Below, in pieces: positions 48,110-56,373 of a stretch of DNA of 64,000 nt; the stretch's first letter is position 1, and every line of letters begins with the position of its first letter. The stretch is from Vicinamibacterales bacterium (GTDB taxonomy: Bacteria > Acidobacteriota > Vicinamibacteria > Vicinamibacterales > UBA8438). Location: assembly GCA_965217045.1 (NCBI GenBank), contig OZ244228.1, positions 586,428 through 650,427 of the forward strand. The letters are read 5' to 3'. The position numbers were made by a program, and so were the translations under genes. The notes below the pieces were generated by a model, which had not been told where the DNA came from, did no database searches, and saw nothing but the letters and a program-made list of their open reading frames with translations.

Positions 48110-48173
48110 AAGAGCGCGGACTCCTGCAGGGTTGGTTGGGCGCCAAGCGGAGCGCAAGGCGACGGTAGGCGGG
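48091..48173 (+). repeat. Intergenic structured repeat, copy D (full length, plus orientation)
   Basis: The sequence reads GCAGGAGTCTGTGCCGTAGAAGAGCGCGGACTCCTGCAGGGTTGGTTGGGCGCCAAGCGGAGCGCAAGGCGACGGTAGGCGGG. It overlaps the fdsA stop. Confidence 0.75.
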
Positions 48174-48225
48174 TCGGGAGCTCACGCGCCAGCGTCGTCG
48201 CGGTCCCGGGGCCGGCTCGCAGCAG

Positions 48226-48314
48226 TGGTGCCGGAGGTCGGACTCGAACCGACACGAGGGGTGAACCTCACTGGATTTTGAGTCCAGCGCGTCTGCCAGT
48301 TTCGCCACTCCGGC
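48226..48314 (-). tRNA. tRNA-Leu (anticodon CAA), class II with long variable arm, CCA encoded
   Basis: The reverse complement folds by hand into a cloverleaf. The acceptor stem is GCCGGAG/CTCCGGC. The anticodon stem CTGGA/TCCAG carries the loop CTCAAAA. The variable stem is GAGG/CCTC. The T-arm is GTCGG-TTCGAGT-CCGAC, and the 3' end is ACCA. Confidence 0.9.
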
Positions 48315-48339
48315 ATAGGGTAACCCGCGGAGGGATGCG

Positions 48340-48918
48340 CTACGGCCTCACGGTACCGTCGTGTCTCCACAGGAAGAGCGTGCGGGTGTTTCCACGTACG
48401 TCCTCGAACCGGTCGACCTCGTCGGCCGCCCAATCTCCCATGCTGAAGGCGTGCGAGACGATGCGTGCGCCGACCGGGAGCTGCGACGTCAACAGCGGCC
48501 TGAGCTTCACGTTGGAAGAGGACAGGAGGTAGAGCGTGACGACGGTCGCCTCGGAGACGTCGACCGTCATGGCATCCTGCAGCAGGAAACGGACCAGGTG
48601 CTGAACGCCGGCCTGCTCCGCGTTGGCGTTCGACTCCGCTATCCGGCGCGGGTCGATGTCGACGCCGACACCCCGCGCGCCGAAGCGCTGGGCGGCCGTG
48701 ATGACGATGCGGCCGTCGCCGCACCCGAGGTCGTAGACCACGTCGTTCCCGGTGACCCCCGCGAGCTCGAGCATCCGGTCGACGACATCCTGCGGCGTGG
48801 GCACGAATGGGGCCAAGCTGGTCTCCTGGGCCGCCAGCCGCGGCGGCTCGCCGAGAGCCCACGGGACCGCGGCAACCAGTACCGCCATCAGCCCGAGCAT
48901 CATCAGACGTTGGATCAT
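48340..48918 (-). CDS. Class I SAM-dependent methyltransferase with N-terminal signal/anchor
   Basis: It has the SAM motif VYDLGCGDGRI. An ATG follows an AGAGGAGAGA RBS. Confidence 0.8.
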   Translation of the reverse strand: MIQRLMMLGLMAVLVAAVPWALGEPPRLAAQETSLAPFVPTPQDVVDRMLELAGVTGNDVVYDLGCGDGRIVITAAQRFGARGVGVDIDPRRIAESNANAEQAGVQHLVRFLLQDAMTVDVSEATVVTLYLLSSSNVKLRPLLTSQLPVGARIVSHAFSMGDWAADEVDRFEDVRGNTRTLFLWRHDGTVRP

Positions 48919-49087
48919 CGTCTCTCCTCTGCGCGTGCCTACTTTACAACAGGACACACGCCACGCGTTCGCCGGGCCCGGACCGGTGCGGAGGATCGCC
49001 GCTCCGATTCGGCACGGAGGACTGCCGAAGGGCGGCCCGGAGCAGTCGTTGGAATCGGGCAAATTGCTTGTTTTGAGTAGTTTCTGG

Positions 49088-49116
49088 TTGTCAACCGGGG
49101 GCGCTTGCGCTAGACT
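49088..49116 (+). promoter_or_regulatory. Putative sigma70-type promoter of carD (TTGTCA-17 nt-TAGACT) with an AT-rich upstream tract
   Basis: The hexamers lie at 49088-49093 and 49111-49116. The locally AT-rich stretch 49061-49087 is unusual for this window. This is a pattern match only. Confidence 0.35.
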
Positions 49117-49172
49117 GGATATCTGTCTGCGCGTGGGCGGTGCGTGCGTCTGGCCTACTCCGGGAGGGCACG

Positions 49173-49760
49173 TTGGAATTTGAGGTCGGAGACAAGGTCA
49201 TCTACCCGAATCACGGAATCGGCGTGGTCAAGCGGATCGAGACCAAGACCATCCTGGGCACGACGTGCGGATTCTATTCGCTGCGCATGACGTCCAGCGA
49301 CACGACGGTCCTCGTGCCGATTGACAATGTGGAAAACGTCGGGCTCCGCGGGGCGATCGCCGACCACGAGGTCAAGAAGCTGTTCACGCTGCTCGGCAAC
49401 GGCAAGATCGAGAACCATCAGAACTGGAAGGGCCGGTTCAAGGACAACTCGGACAAGATGCGGACCGGCTCGGTCTACGACGTCGTGGACGTTCTCAAGA
49501 GCCTCAATTTCCTGAGCCAGTCCAAGAACCTCTCGTTTCGCGAGAAGCGAATGCTCGATCGGGCCAAGTTCCTCGTCGTCTCCGAGGTGTCCGAGGTGAC
49601 GAGCGAGTCTGCCGAAGCCATCGAGGAAAAGGTGAACAAGGCGCTCGAGCGGTGTCTGGCCAATCGTGACCGCCAGCTTGCCAAGTCCAAGACGACCAAG
49701 GCCGGGGTCAAGAAGACCGCGGCCCGAGTCGCCGTGCGACGCCCGGCGCAGGCCTCGTAG
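49173..49760 (+). CDS. carD: CarD/CdnL-family RNA-polymerase-binding transcription regulator
   Basis: The motifs FEVGDKVIYPNHGIGVV and YSLR are present. A TTG start follows GGGAGGG. An alternative start is at 49140. Confidence 0.85.
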   Translation: MEFEVGDKVIYPNHGIGVVKRIETKTILGTTCGFYSLRMTSSDTTVLVPIDNVENVGLRGAIADHEVKKLFTLLGNGKIENHQNWKGRFKDNSDKMRTGSVYDVVDVLKSLNFLSQSKNLSFREKRMLDRAKFLVVSEVSEVTSESAEAIEEKVNKALERCLANRDRQLAKSKTTKAGVKKTAARVAVRRPAQAS

Positions 49761-49808
49761 CCCTTCGACGAACGCGGCGCGACCCGCCGTCCCCGGGCCG
49801 GGCCATTC

Positions 49809-50615
49809 TTGCATGCGGTGCTGCAACGGCCCATGGCCGAGTTGTCGGGTACGGTAGTCGCGGCCATTCGCTCCGGGGCGGCCTATGTCGGCGTGAGCCT
49901 GTGGGTCATCGTCCTGGGGCCGCCCGGGATGCTGCTGGCGGTGTGCTTCAACTGGCCTGACGTCCTCTACTGGTTGGGCCGGGGCGGCGTGCGGCTCGGT
50001 CTCACCGCCGCCGGCATCCGGTGCCGCGTCGTCGGTGGCGAGCACATCCAGCGCGATCGGGCCGCCGTGTACTGCGTCAACCACTCCAGCAACGTGGAGC
50101 CGCCCATCCTGTACATGGCGCTGGCGGCGCTCCACCCGCGACTCCGGATTCTCTACAAGGCCGAAATCCACAGGTTGCCGGTTCTCGGCCGCGTGTTCGA
50201 CATCGCCGGTTTCGTTCCCATCGACCGGCAGAATCGCGAGCAGAGCATGCAGGCGATCGAAAGGGCGGCGGCGGGCCTGCGCGCCGGCGCCTCGTTTCTC
50301 ATTTTTCCCGAAGGTACCCGCAGCCGGACAGATCAACTGCAGCGCTTCAAGAAGGGTGGTTTCATCATGGCCATCAAGGGGCGCTCGCCGGTGGTGCCGA
50401 TGGCGATTACGGGGGCACGGGCGGCCATGCGCAGGGGCAGCGCGATCATCAGGCCGGTCACCGTCAGCATCCGGATCGCGCCGCCGGTCGAGGTCGAAAC
50501 GGAAGACCTGGCGGAACGGGATTTACTGATTGACCGCACGCGGGCCGCCGTGCAGACCCTGCTGGTGCAGAGCGCGTCAGCCGCCGACGAAGAAGGAGAG
50601 CGCCCAGGGTTGTAG
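49809..50615 (+). CDS. plsC: 1-acyl-sn-glycerol-3-phosphate acyltransferase (lysophospholipid acyltransferase family)
   Basis: It has the NHSSNVEP box (an HX4E variant of HX4D) and the FPEGTRS box. Confidence 0.85.
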   Translation: MHAVLQRPMAELSGTVVAAIRSGAAYVGVSLWVIVLGPPGMLLAVCFNWPDVLYWLGRGGVRLGLTAAGIRCRVVGGEHIQRDRAAVYCVNHSSNVEPPILYMALAALHPRLRILYKAEIHRLPVLGRVFDIAGFVPIDRQNREQSMQAIERAAAGLRAGASFLIFPEGTRSRTDQLQRFKKGGFIMAIKGRSPVVPMAITGARAAMRRGSAIIRPVTVSIRIAPPVEVETEDLAERDLLIDRTRAAVQTLLVQSASAADEEGERPGL

Positions 50616-51722
50616 GGGCTGGCCGTCGGTTGCGGTGATCCCGTCGAGCAGCCGCACGCCGAGCGTCCGGAACAGTTCGAGCTCCGCGTCGAAGCGGATC
50701 TCGAGCACGCGGTTCCGCGCTCGGTAGGCCGTCTCGAAAGCGATGCGCTCGGCGCCCGCGTCCGCGCCGCCCTCGGGCCGCCGGCCGACATAGGACACGG
50801 CGACCCGCCCCTCGAACGAATCGGGGTTCATGTCGCGCGAGAACTGGATGCGGACCGTCGTGTCGCGGGGGACGTCCGTGTCGTCCGGCAGCGGCGCGCT
50901 GAAGATGACCTCGGGCAGCGGGCCCCGGCGCGCCGCGACCCGCGGCGCCTGCGGTCGGGCTGTCGCGGGGGGGTCGGCCAGGGCAATCTCGGCCGCGTCG
51001 ATCACCACCATGCCCGCCTGCGACTCGACGCGCCCGGTCACCCGCAGCCAGCGCCCGGTGTCGATGCGCGCCTGGATGTCCAGCTCGAACCCGTCACCTT
51101 TCGGTTCCATGCCGACCACCCACACCGCGGCGTCGACCGACGCGAGCACGAAGTCCCAGCGGCTGCGCCCGGCAGGCCGGGGCAGGTCGCCGTACAGGTT
51201 CCGGCCCCGGAAGCGCCCGGTCACCGTGACGGCCCGATCCCGGTACGCGGCCGGGTCGAGCGCCAACGTTCGCAGCGTGACGGCGGGCGCTGCGGCCACG
51301 CCGCGCGTGGCCGCAGCCGCCAGCACCAGCAGCTCGCCAACGCCCGGCCAGGGCTTGCCGAGGAGCGACTCCGAAAGCCGCGCGAACGGCAGGTCGTTCG
51401 TGCGCGAGTCGTCGGGCTCGAGCCGGCCCACGTCGTAGAATCTTCCCGACACCTCGAGACGCTCGGCTGTACCGGCGGGCGGCGGCGGCACATCGAGCGC
51501 CACTAGGCGGTCCTCGCCGTCGACCAGGTACGTCAGCACCCCGTCGCGCACCGCGTCGGCCTGCACGACCACTTCCTGACCGTGGAAGAAGATGGGGGCG
51601 CTGGACAGCGAAGCGAGGGTCGCGGCGCGCCGGCCTGCGGTCTGGGCGTGGCCCGCCCATGGGAGAGCCCAGGATGCGACGATGATCCAGAATGCGACCG
51701 CGGACCATGGGGATCGGCGCAC
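50577..51722 (-). CDS. Hypothetical exported protein with C-terminal Ig-like (SbsA_Ig/Big_5-like) domain
   Basis: A GTG at 51722 follows a GGGAG RBS. It has a signal peptide (AVAFWIIVASWALPWAGHA) and a C-terminal DTTVRIQFSRDMNPDSF motif. The upstream 248 codons of the 629-aa ORF are antisense to rex. Confidence 0.65.
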   Translation of the reverse strand: MRRSPWSAVAFWIIVASWALPWAGHAQTAGRRAATLASLSSAPIFFHGQEVVVQADAVRDGVLTYLVDGEDRLVALDVPPPPAGTAERLEVSGRFYDVGRLEPDDSRTNDLPFARLSESLLGKPWPGVGELLVLAAAATRGVAAAPAVTLRTLALDPAAYRDRAVTVTGRFRGRNLYGDLPRPAGRSRWDFVLASVDAAVWVVGMEPKGDGFELDIQARIDTGRWLRVTGRVESQAGMVVIDAAEIALADPPATARPQAPRVAARRGPLPEVIFSAPLPDDTDVPRDTTVRIQFSRDMNPDSFEGRVAVSYVGRRPEGGADAGAERIAFETAYRARNRVLEIRFDAELELFRTLGVRLLDGITATDGQPLQPWALSFFVGG

Positions 51723-51824
51723 CGGCAATGCTCCCAAGCTGTAAATCGTAACACGCGGCAGGCGGCTGTGCGCCTTGACCGGTGCGGGCGAGAGCCATAG
51801 AATCCCTGCCCGTTCCTGTGTCCG

Positions 51825-52472
51825 ATGCCTGAACAGATTTCGGAACTGACTACAAGCCGGTTGTCTCTGTACCTTCGCTTCCTCAACGAGCTCGACGGCA
51901 AGGGCGTGAAGACGGTGTCGTCGAAGATGCTGGCGGAGCAGTTCGGGCTGAGTGCGGCCCTGATCCGGAAGGACCTGTCGAATTTCGGCGATCTGGGCGT
52001 CCGCGGGGTCGGCTACGTCGTGGAGGACCTCCGGCGGGAGCTCCGATCGATTCTCGGTCTCGACCGCGGGCTCCGCGTGGCCATCGTCGGGGCGGGCAAC
52101 CTGGGGCTCGCGCTGGCCGACTATCCCGGGTTTCGTCAGGAAGGACTTCGAATCGTCGCGTTGTTCGACAATCTGCAGGAGAAGGTCGGCCGCACCTCCC
52201 GGAGCGGGGTTACCATCTACGATATTCGTGACCTGAAGCAGGTTGCCCGCCGCGAGGAAATCACGATTGCCGTGATCGCCGTGCCGGAGGCCTCCGCGCG
52301 GGACGTCGTGCAGACCGTCGTGCAGGCCGGGATCAAGGCGATCCTCAACTTCTCGCCGGGAGCGTTGCGCGTGCCGCCGCACGTCAAGCTGAAGAGCGTC
52401 GATCTGACCGTCTCGCTGGAGAGCCTCTCGTTCTACCTGGCCAACGAGGCGGGTCGCGGGCAGCAATCATGA
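51825..52472 (+). CDS. rex: Redox-sensing transcriptional repressor Rex
   Basis: It has the winged-helix motif (RLSLYLRFL...VSS..LA) and the Rossmann motif VAIVGAGNLG. Confidence 0.9.
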   Translation: MPEQISELTTSRLSLYLRFLNELDGKGVKTVSSKMLAEQFGLSAALIRKDLSNFGDLGVRGVGYVVEDLRRELRSILGLDRGLRVAIVGAGNLGLALADYPGFRQEGLRIVALFDNLQEKVGRTSRSGVTIYDIRDLKQVARREEITIAVIAVPEASARDVVQTVVQAGIKAILNFSPGALRVPPHVKLKSVDLTVSLESLSFYLANEAGRGQQS

Positions 52473-52987
52473 CCGAGCGCGGCCGGGCACCGGAAACGGC
52501 GAGCGCCGGGAAGGCGGGCGGCACGCTCTCGCATGTCGACGCCAGCGGCCGTGTCCGCATGGTCGACGTCAGCGAAAAGGCCGCGACGACGCGGGTGGCC
52601 GTTGCGCGCGGCCATATCCGCGTGAGCCCCGAGGCGCTGCACCTGGTCCGCGCCGGCGCCGCGGCGAAGGGGGATCCGTTGCAGGCAGCCCGGATAGCGG
52701 GCATCCTGGCCGCAAAGCGCACGGCGGAACTCATTCCGTTGTGTCATTCCATCCCGCTGACGCACGTGGAGGTCGACCTTCGGGAGCGGGCCACCGGGTA
52801 CGACATCGAGGCGCGCGTCGTGACGACGGCCCGCACGGGGGTCGAGATGGAGGCGCTGACGGCCGTGTCGGCCGCCGCGCTCACCGTGTACGACATGATC
52901 AAGGCCGCCGATCGCACGATGGTGATCGGCGAGATCCGTCTGGTCGAGAAGACGGGCGGGCGGTCGGGAACCTATCGGGCTGGGTGA
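52469..52987 (+). CDS. moaC: Cyclic pyranopterin monophosphate synthase
   Basis: The motifs MVDVSEK, IPLCHSIPL and EMEALTAVSAAALTVYDM are present. The ATGA overlaps the rex stop. Confidence 0.9.
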   Translation: MTERGRAPETASAGKAGGTLSHVDASGRVRMVDVSEKAATTRVAVARGHIRVSPEALHLVRAGAAAKGDPLQAARIAGILAAKRTAELIPLCHSIPLTHVEVDLRERATGYDIEARVVTTARTGVEMEALTAVSAAALTVYDMIKAADRTMVIGEIRLVEKTGGRSGTYRAG

Positions 52988-52991
52988 TGCC

Positions 52992-54794
52992 ATGGACGAG
53001 CCGACGATTTCGACGCTGGCCGATCTCCCTTTCCATGTTTCCGGTCGCTACCCGAAGCCGGAGCTGGTGCGGCGCTGCACGGCGGCCGGCTACGACAGCT
53101 ACGCGAGCCGCGAGCTGTTCGAGCAGGTCCGGGACCTGAGCCTGGGGCTGATGGGGCTCGGGGTCCGTCCCGGACGGCGGGTGGCCCTGCTCAGCGAGAG
53201 CCGTCCGGAGTGGGTGGTTGCCGACCTGGCGATTCTCACGTGCGGTGCCGTCACGGTTCCGATCTATCCGACCCTGCCGGCGGCGCAGGTCAGGTACATC
53301 CTGGCCGATGCCGGGGCGACGGTGGTCGTGGCCGCCGACGAGACGCAGGCGGCGAAGGTGCGTGCCGTGTGGCCGGAGTTGCCGGACCTGCGGGCGCTCG
53401 TCGTGATCGATGCGCCGGCCGAGGCGCCGCCCTCGGGGCGCGAGATGACCTGCGCGGCGGTGCGGGCGCGCGGCCATCGGCGGCTGATGCGGGAGGACGG
53501 GCTGGCGCGGCGATACAAGGAGGCCGTGGCGGCAATCGCGCCCGACCAGTTGGCCACCATCATCTATACCTCCGGCACGACCGGCGACCCGAAGGGCGTG
53601 CTGCTCACGCACAGCGCCATCGTCGCCAACCTGACGGACGTAGGCACCATGGTGAGCATCAGCGAGGACGACGAGGCGCTGTCGTTCCTGCCGTTGAGCC
53701 ACGCGCTCGAGCGTGCCGTCGTCTATCTGTACCTGCTCAGGGGCACCACAGTGACCTTCGCGGAATCGCTGGACACCGTCGCGCGTGACATGCTGCGCGT
53801 GCGCCCGACCGTCATGACCGGCGTGCCGCGGGTCTACGAGAAGCTGCACGCGCGCGTGCTCGAGGCGGTCGCACAGGGGTCGGCAGTGCGGCAGTGGCTG
53901 TTTCGTTGGGCCATGGGCGTCGGGCGCGCGTGCAACGTCGCGCCGCTCAGCGGCGCGCAGCCCTCGGGCTATGCGCGCGCGGCGCTCCCGCTGGCGGACG
54001 GGCTCGTGCTCTCCAAGGTGCGTGCGCGCACCGGGGGGCGTCTCCGTTTCGTCGTGTCCGGCGGCGCACCGCTGTCGACCGCGGTGGGCGAGTTCCTGTT
54101 CACCGTGGGGATACCGGTGCTCGAAGGGTACGGCCTGACCGAGACGGCGCCCGTGCTGACGGTCAACCCCGAGCACGCACCCCGTCTCGGGACGGTCGGC
54201 AAGGCCCTGCCGCGAGTCGAGCTCCGACTGGCTGACGACGGGGAGATTCTCGCACGAGGTCCGAACGTCATGGAAGGCTACTACGGCAAGCCCGAGGCCA
54301 CGGCGGAGGCGCTGGCCGGCGGCTGGTTCCACACCGGGGATATCGGGCGGCTCGACGACGACGGCTATCTCGCCATCACCGACAGAAAGAAGGAGCTCCT
54401 CGTGACCGCCGGCGGCAAGAACATCGCGCCGCAGCCGATCGAGCAGAAGCTCAAGCAGCACGCGCTCGTCGCGGAGGCGCTGGTCGTGGGCGACCGCCGG
54501 CCGTTCGTCGCCGTCCTCGTCATACCGGACTTTGCCGCCCTCAGCACGGCGCTCCGCGAGCCGCCCGACACGGACCGGTCCGCGCTGGTGGCACGGCCCG
54601 ATGTCCGGCGCCTCTTCGACGCGGTCGTCGAGGCGGTCAACGCGGAGCTGCCGCCGCACGAGCAGATGCGGAAGCACGCACTGGTGCCGGCCGAGCTGGG
54701 CATAGCGACCGGTGAGCTGACGCCGACCCTGAAGATCAAGCGCCGCGTCGTCACGGAGAAGTGGCGGGACTACATCGAGGCGCTGTACGCCTGA
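52992..54794 (+). CDS. fadD: Long-chain fatty acid-CoA ligase (AMP-dependent synthetase)
   Basis: It has the AMP-binding motif YTSGTTGDPKGV, the motif GWFHTGDIG and a C-terminal KIKRR. Confidence 0.9.
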   Translation: MDEPTISTLADLPFHVSGRYPKPELVRRCTAAGYDSYASRELFEQVRDLSLGLMGLGVRPGRRVALLSESRPEWVVADLAILTCGAVTVPIYPTLPAAQVRYILADAGATVVVAADETQAAKVRAVWPELPDLRALVVIDAPAEAPPSGREMTCAAVRARGHRRLMREDGLARRYKEAVAAIAPDQLATIIYTSGTTGDPKGVLLTHSAIVANLTDVGTMVSISEDDEALSFLPLSHALERAVVYLYLLRGTTVTFAESLDTVARDMLRVRPTVMTGVPRVYEKLHARVLEAVAQGSAVRQWLFRWAMGVGRACNVAPLSGAQPSGYARAALPLADGLVLSKVRARTGGRLRFVVSGGAPLSTAVGEFLFTVGIPVLEGYGLTETAPVLTVNPEHAPRLGTVGKALPRVELRLADDGEILARGPNVMEGYYGKPEATAEALAGGWFHTGDIGRLDDDGYLAITDRKKELLVTAGGKNIAPQPIEQKLKQHALVAEALVVGDRRPFVAVLVIPDFAALSTALREPPDTDRSALVARPDVRRLFDAVVEAVNAELPPHEQMRKHALVPAELGIATGELTPTLKIKRRVVTEKWRDYIEALYA

Positions 54795-55403
54795 TCAGAA
54801 CAGGCGGATGTCCGTCAGGGGCCACCACCGCAGCTGGACGCGGCCGATGACGTACTTCTGCGGCACCTGACCCCAGTGGCGGCTGTCCGAGCTGTTGTTG
54901 CGGTGGTCGCCCATCACGAAGTAGTACGACTCCTGCACGACCTCCGGACCGTGGTTCTCGTAGCTGCGGAACTCCGGCGGCACGTACAGGTCGGGTTGTG
55001 GCACCTCGTTGACGAAGACCTTCCCGCTCTCGATGCGGACGGTGTCGCCTTCCTTGGCGACGATGCGCTTGACGAACGACTTGTCCGGGTCGCGCGGGTA
55101 GTACAGCATCACGATGTCGCCCGGCTCGGGCTCGCCGAAGAACTGGTACACGGCCTTGTTGACGATCAGCCGATCCTGGTCCTGCAGCGTCGGCTCCATG
55201 CTTCGACCTTCGACCCGCGCCACCTGGAACCCGAACGTGACGATGAGCGTCGCGTAGACGGCCGCCGACGCGAAGGTTTTCAGCCACGTCAGCAGCTCCT
55301 CGCCGAAGCGCTGCAGGACGGTCCGTCGCGGATCGGGCGGCTGCAGGCCCAGCCGGCCCAACTGCGCGTCGTGGTCGGTTGCCGCAACCCCGGCCGCGTC
55401 CAC
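54795..55403 (-). CDS. lepB: Signal peptidase I
   Basis: It has the catalytic boxes GRSMEPTL, KRIVAKEGD and GDHRNNSSDSR. The start is uncertain (GTG 55403 or TTG 55361). The ORF runs up to 55553, overlapping the upstream gene. Confidence 0.8.
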   Translation of the reverse strand: MDAAGVAATDHDAQLGRLGLQPPDPRRTVLQRFGEELLTWLKTFASAAVYATLIVTFGFQVARVEGRSMEPTLQDQDRLIVNKAVYQFFGEPEPGDIVMLYYPRDPDKSFVKRIVAKEGDTVRIESGKVFVNEVPQPDLYVPPEFRSYENHGPEVVQESYYFVMGDHRNNSSDSRHWGQVPQKYVIGRVQLRWWPLTDIRLF

Positions 55404-55447
55404 GACGCCGGCGTCGTGGGCGGCCGGCTCGGGCCAGTCGACCGGAC

Positions 55448-56239
55448 CTAGAGATTCAGGTGGTCGCGCAACCGCTTCGTCTGGGTTCGACTCACCGGGA
55501 TCTCGGTCCGCTTGGCGTCCTGCATCTTCAGGATGTAGTTGCGACTGAACCAAGGCACAATCTCCTTGACCTTGTTTATGTTGACGAGGTGCGACCGGTG
55601 CACTCGCCAGAATATCGCAGGATCGAGATTCGAGTGCAACTCGTCCAGCGTGCGGTAGTTGGACGTGCCGGTCAAGCTGGTGGTCACGACTGTGACGACA
55701 TCGTCAACCAGCGACGCATGGATGATATCGCTCGACGAGATGAGCCGAAAGTGGCCGCCGACCTTGACCGCGAGCTGTTCGCGGCGGACCTGCCGTTCGG
55801 CGACGTACTGGACGATACGCTGCAGCTCGTCCCTGGCCACTGGCGCCGCGCCGCCCGCCCCGCGCTCGAACGAGAGCTGGCGGCGCACGCGCTCGACGGT
55901 CCGGGCGAGCCGTCCGGGCTCGATCGGCTTGAGCAGGTAGTCCACGGCGTTGACCTCGAACGCCTCGAGCGCATACTGGTCGTACGCGGTGACGAACACC
56001 ACGCGGGTGTCGACCTCCCGGATCAGGATCTGGCGGGCCACATCGAATCCGGTCCGGCCCGGCATCTGAATGTCGAGCAACACGAGGTCGGGCTGCAGCT
56101 GGTGGATCAGATCGAGGGCCTCCACGCCGTCGCCGGCCTGTCCGGCTACCTCGATCCCGTCGAGCCGCTCCAGTTGGAAGCAGAGCTCGTGCCGCGCCGG
56201 GCGTTCGTCATCGGCGACCAGCACCCGCAGGTTCATCAT
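55448..56239 (-). CDS. LytR/AlgR-family response regulator (REC + LytTR)
   Basis: The REC domain has VLVADDE...LLDIQMP. The LytTR domain has FWRVHRSHLVNINKV. The start is ATG 56239/56236, or TTG 56245. Confidence 0.85.
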   Translation of the reverse strand: MMNLRVLVADDERPARHELCFQLERLDGIEVAGQAGDGVEALDLIHQLQPDLVLLDIQMPGRTGFDVARQILIREVDTRVVFVTAYDQYALEAFEVNAVDYLLKPIEPGRLARTVERVRRQLSFERGAGGAAPVARDELQRIVQYVAERQVRREQLAVKVGGHFRLISSSDIIHASLVDDVVTVVTTSLTGTSNYRTLDELHSNLDPAIFWRVHRSHLVNINKVKEIVPWFSRNYILKMQDAKRTEIPVSRTQTKRLRDHLNL

Positions 56240-56247
56240 CGGCAATG

Positions 56248-56373
56248 CTAGCAGTCCGTGGTGAAACCGCGCGTTGCACCGAGACGGGCGAGGCGCCCGG
56301 CTGGCAAGGCGCGAGGAGGGAGCATATTGCAGCGCTCGTCGAATGCGGCGGGGCTCCTGCCACGGACTGCTAG
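56248..56373. repeat. Perfect 14-bp inverted repeat (CTAGCAGTCCGTGG / CCACGGACTGCTAG) bracketing a 98-nt spacer
   Basis: The arms lie at 56248-56261 and 56360-56373. The right arm contains the histidine-kinase stop codon. The left arm sits 9-22 nt upstream of the response-regulator ATG at 56239. Confidence 0.6.

Noticed and set aside
48051-48308. An 85-aa ORF (MAKLADALDSKSSEVHPSCRFESD...).
   Set aside because: It is the translation of the tRNA-Leu gene region and not a protein gene.
48176-48340. tRNA-Leu as a possible integration site for a genomic island.
   Set aside because: There is no integrase, no direct repeat of the tRNA 3' end and no compositional break on either side. The neighbours are housekeeping genes.
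51740-51753. An imperfect palindrome TGTAAATCGTAACA lies in the rex upstream region. I considered it as a possible Rex operator.
   Set aside because: It is shorter than and a poor match to the TTGTGAA-N4-6-TTCACAA type consensus. The half-sites are not symmetric and it is a single occurrence.
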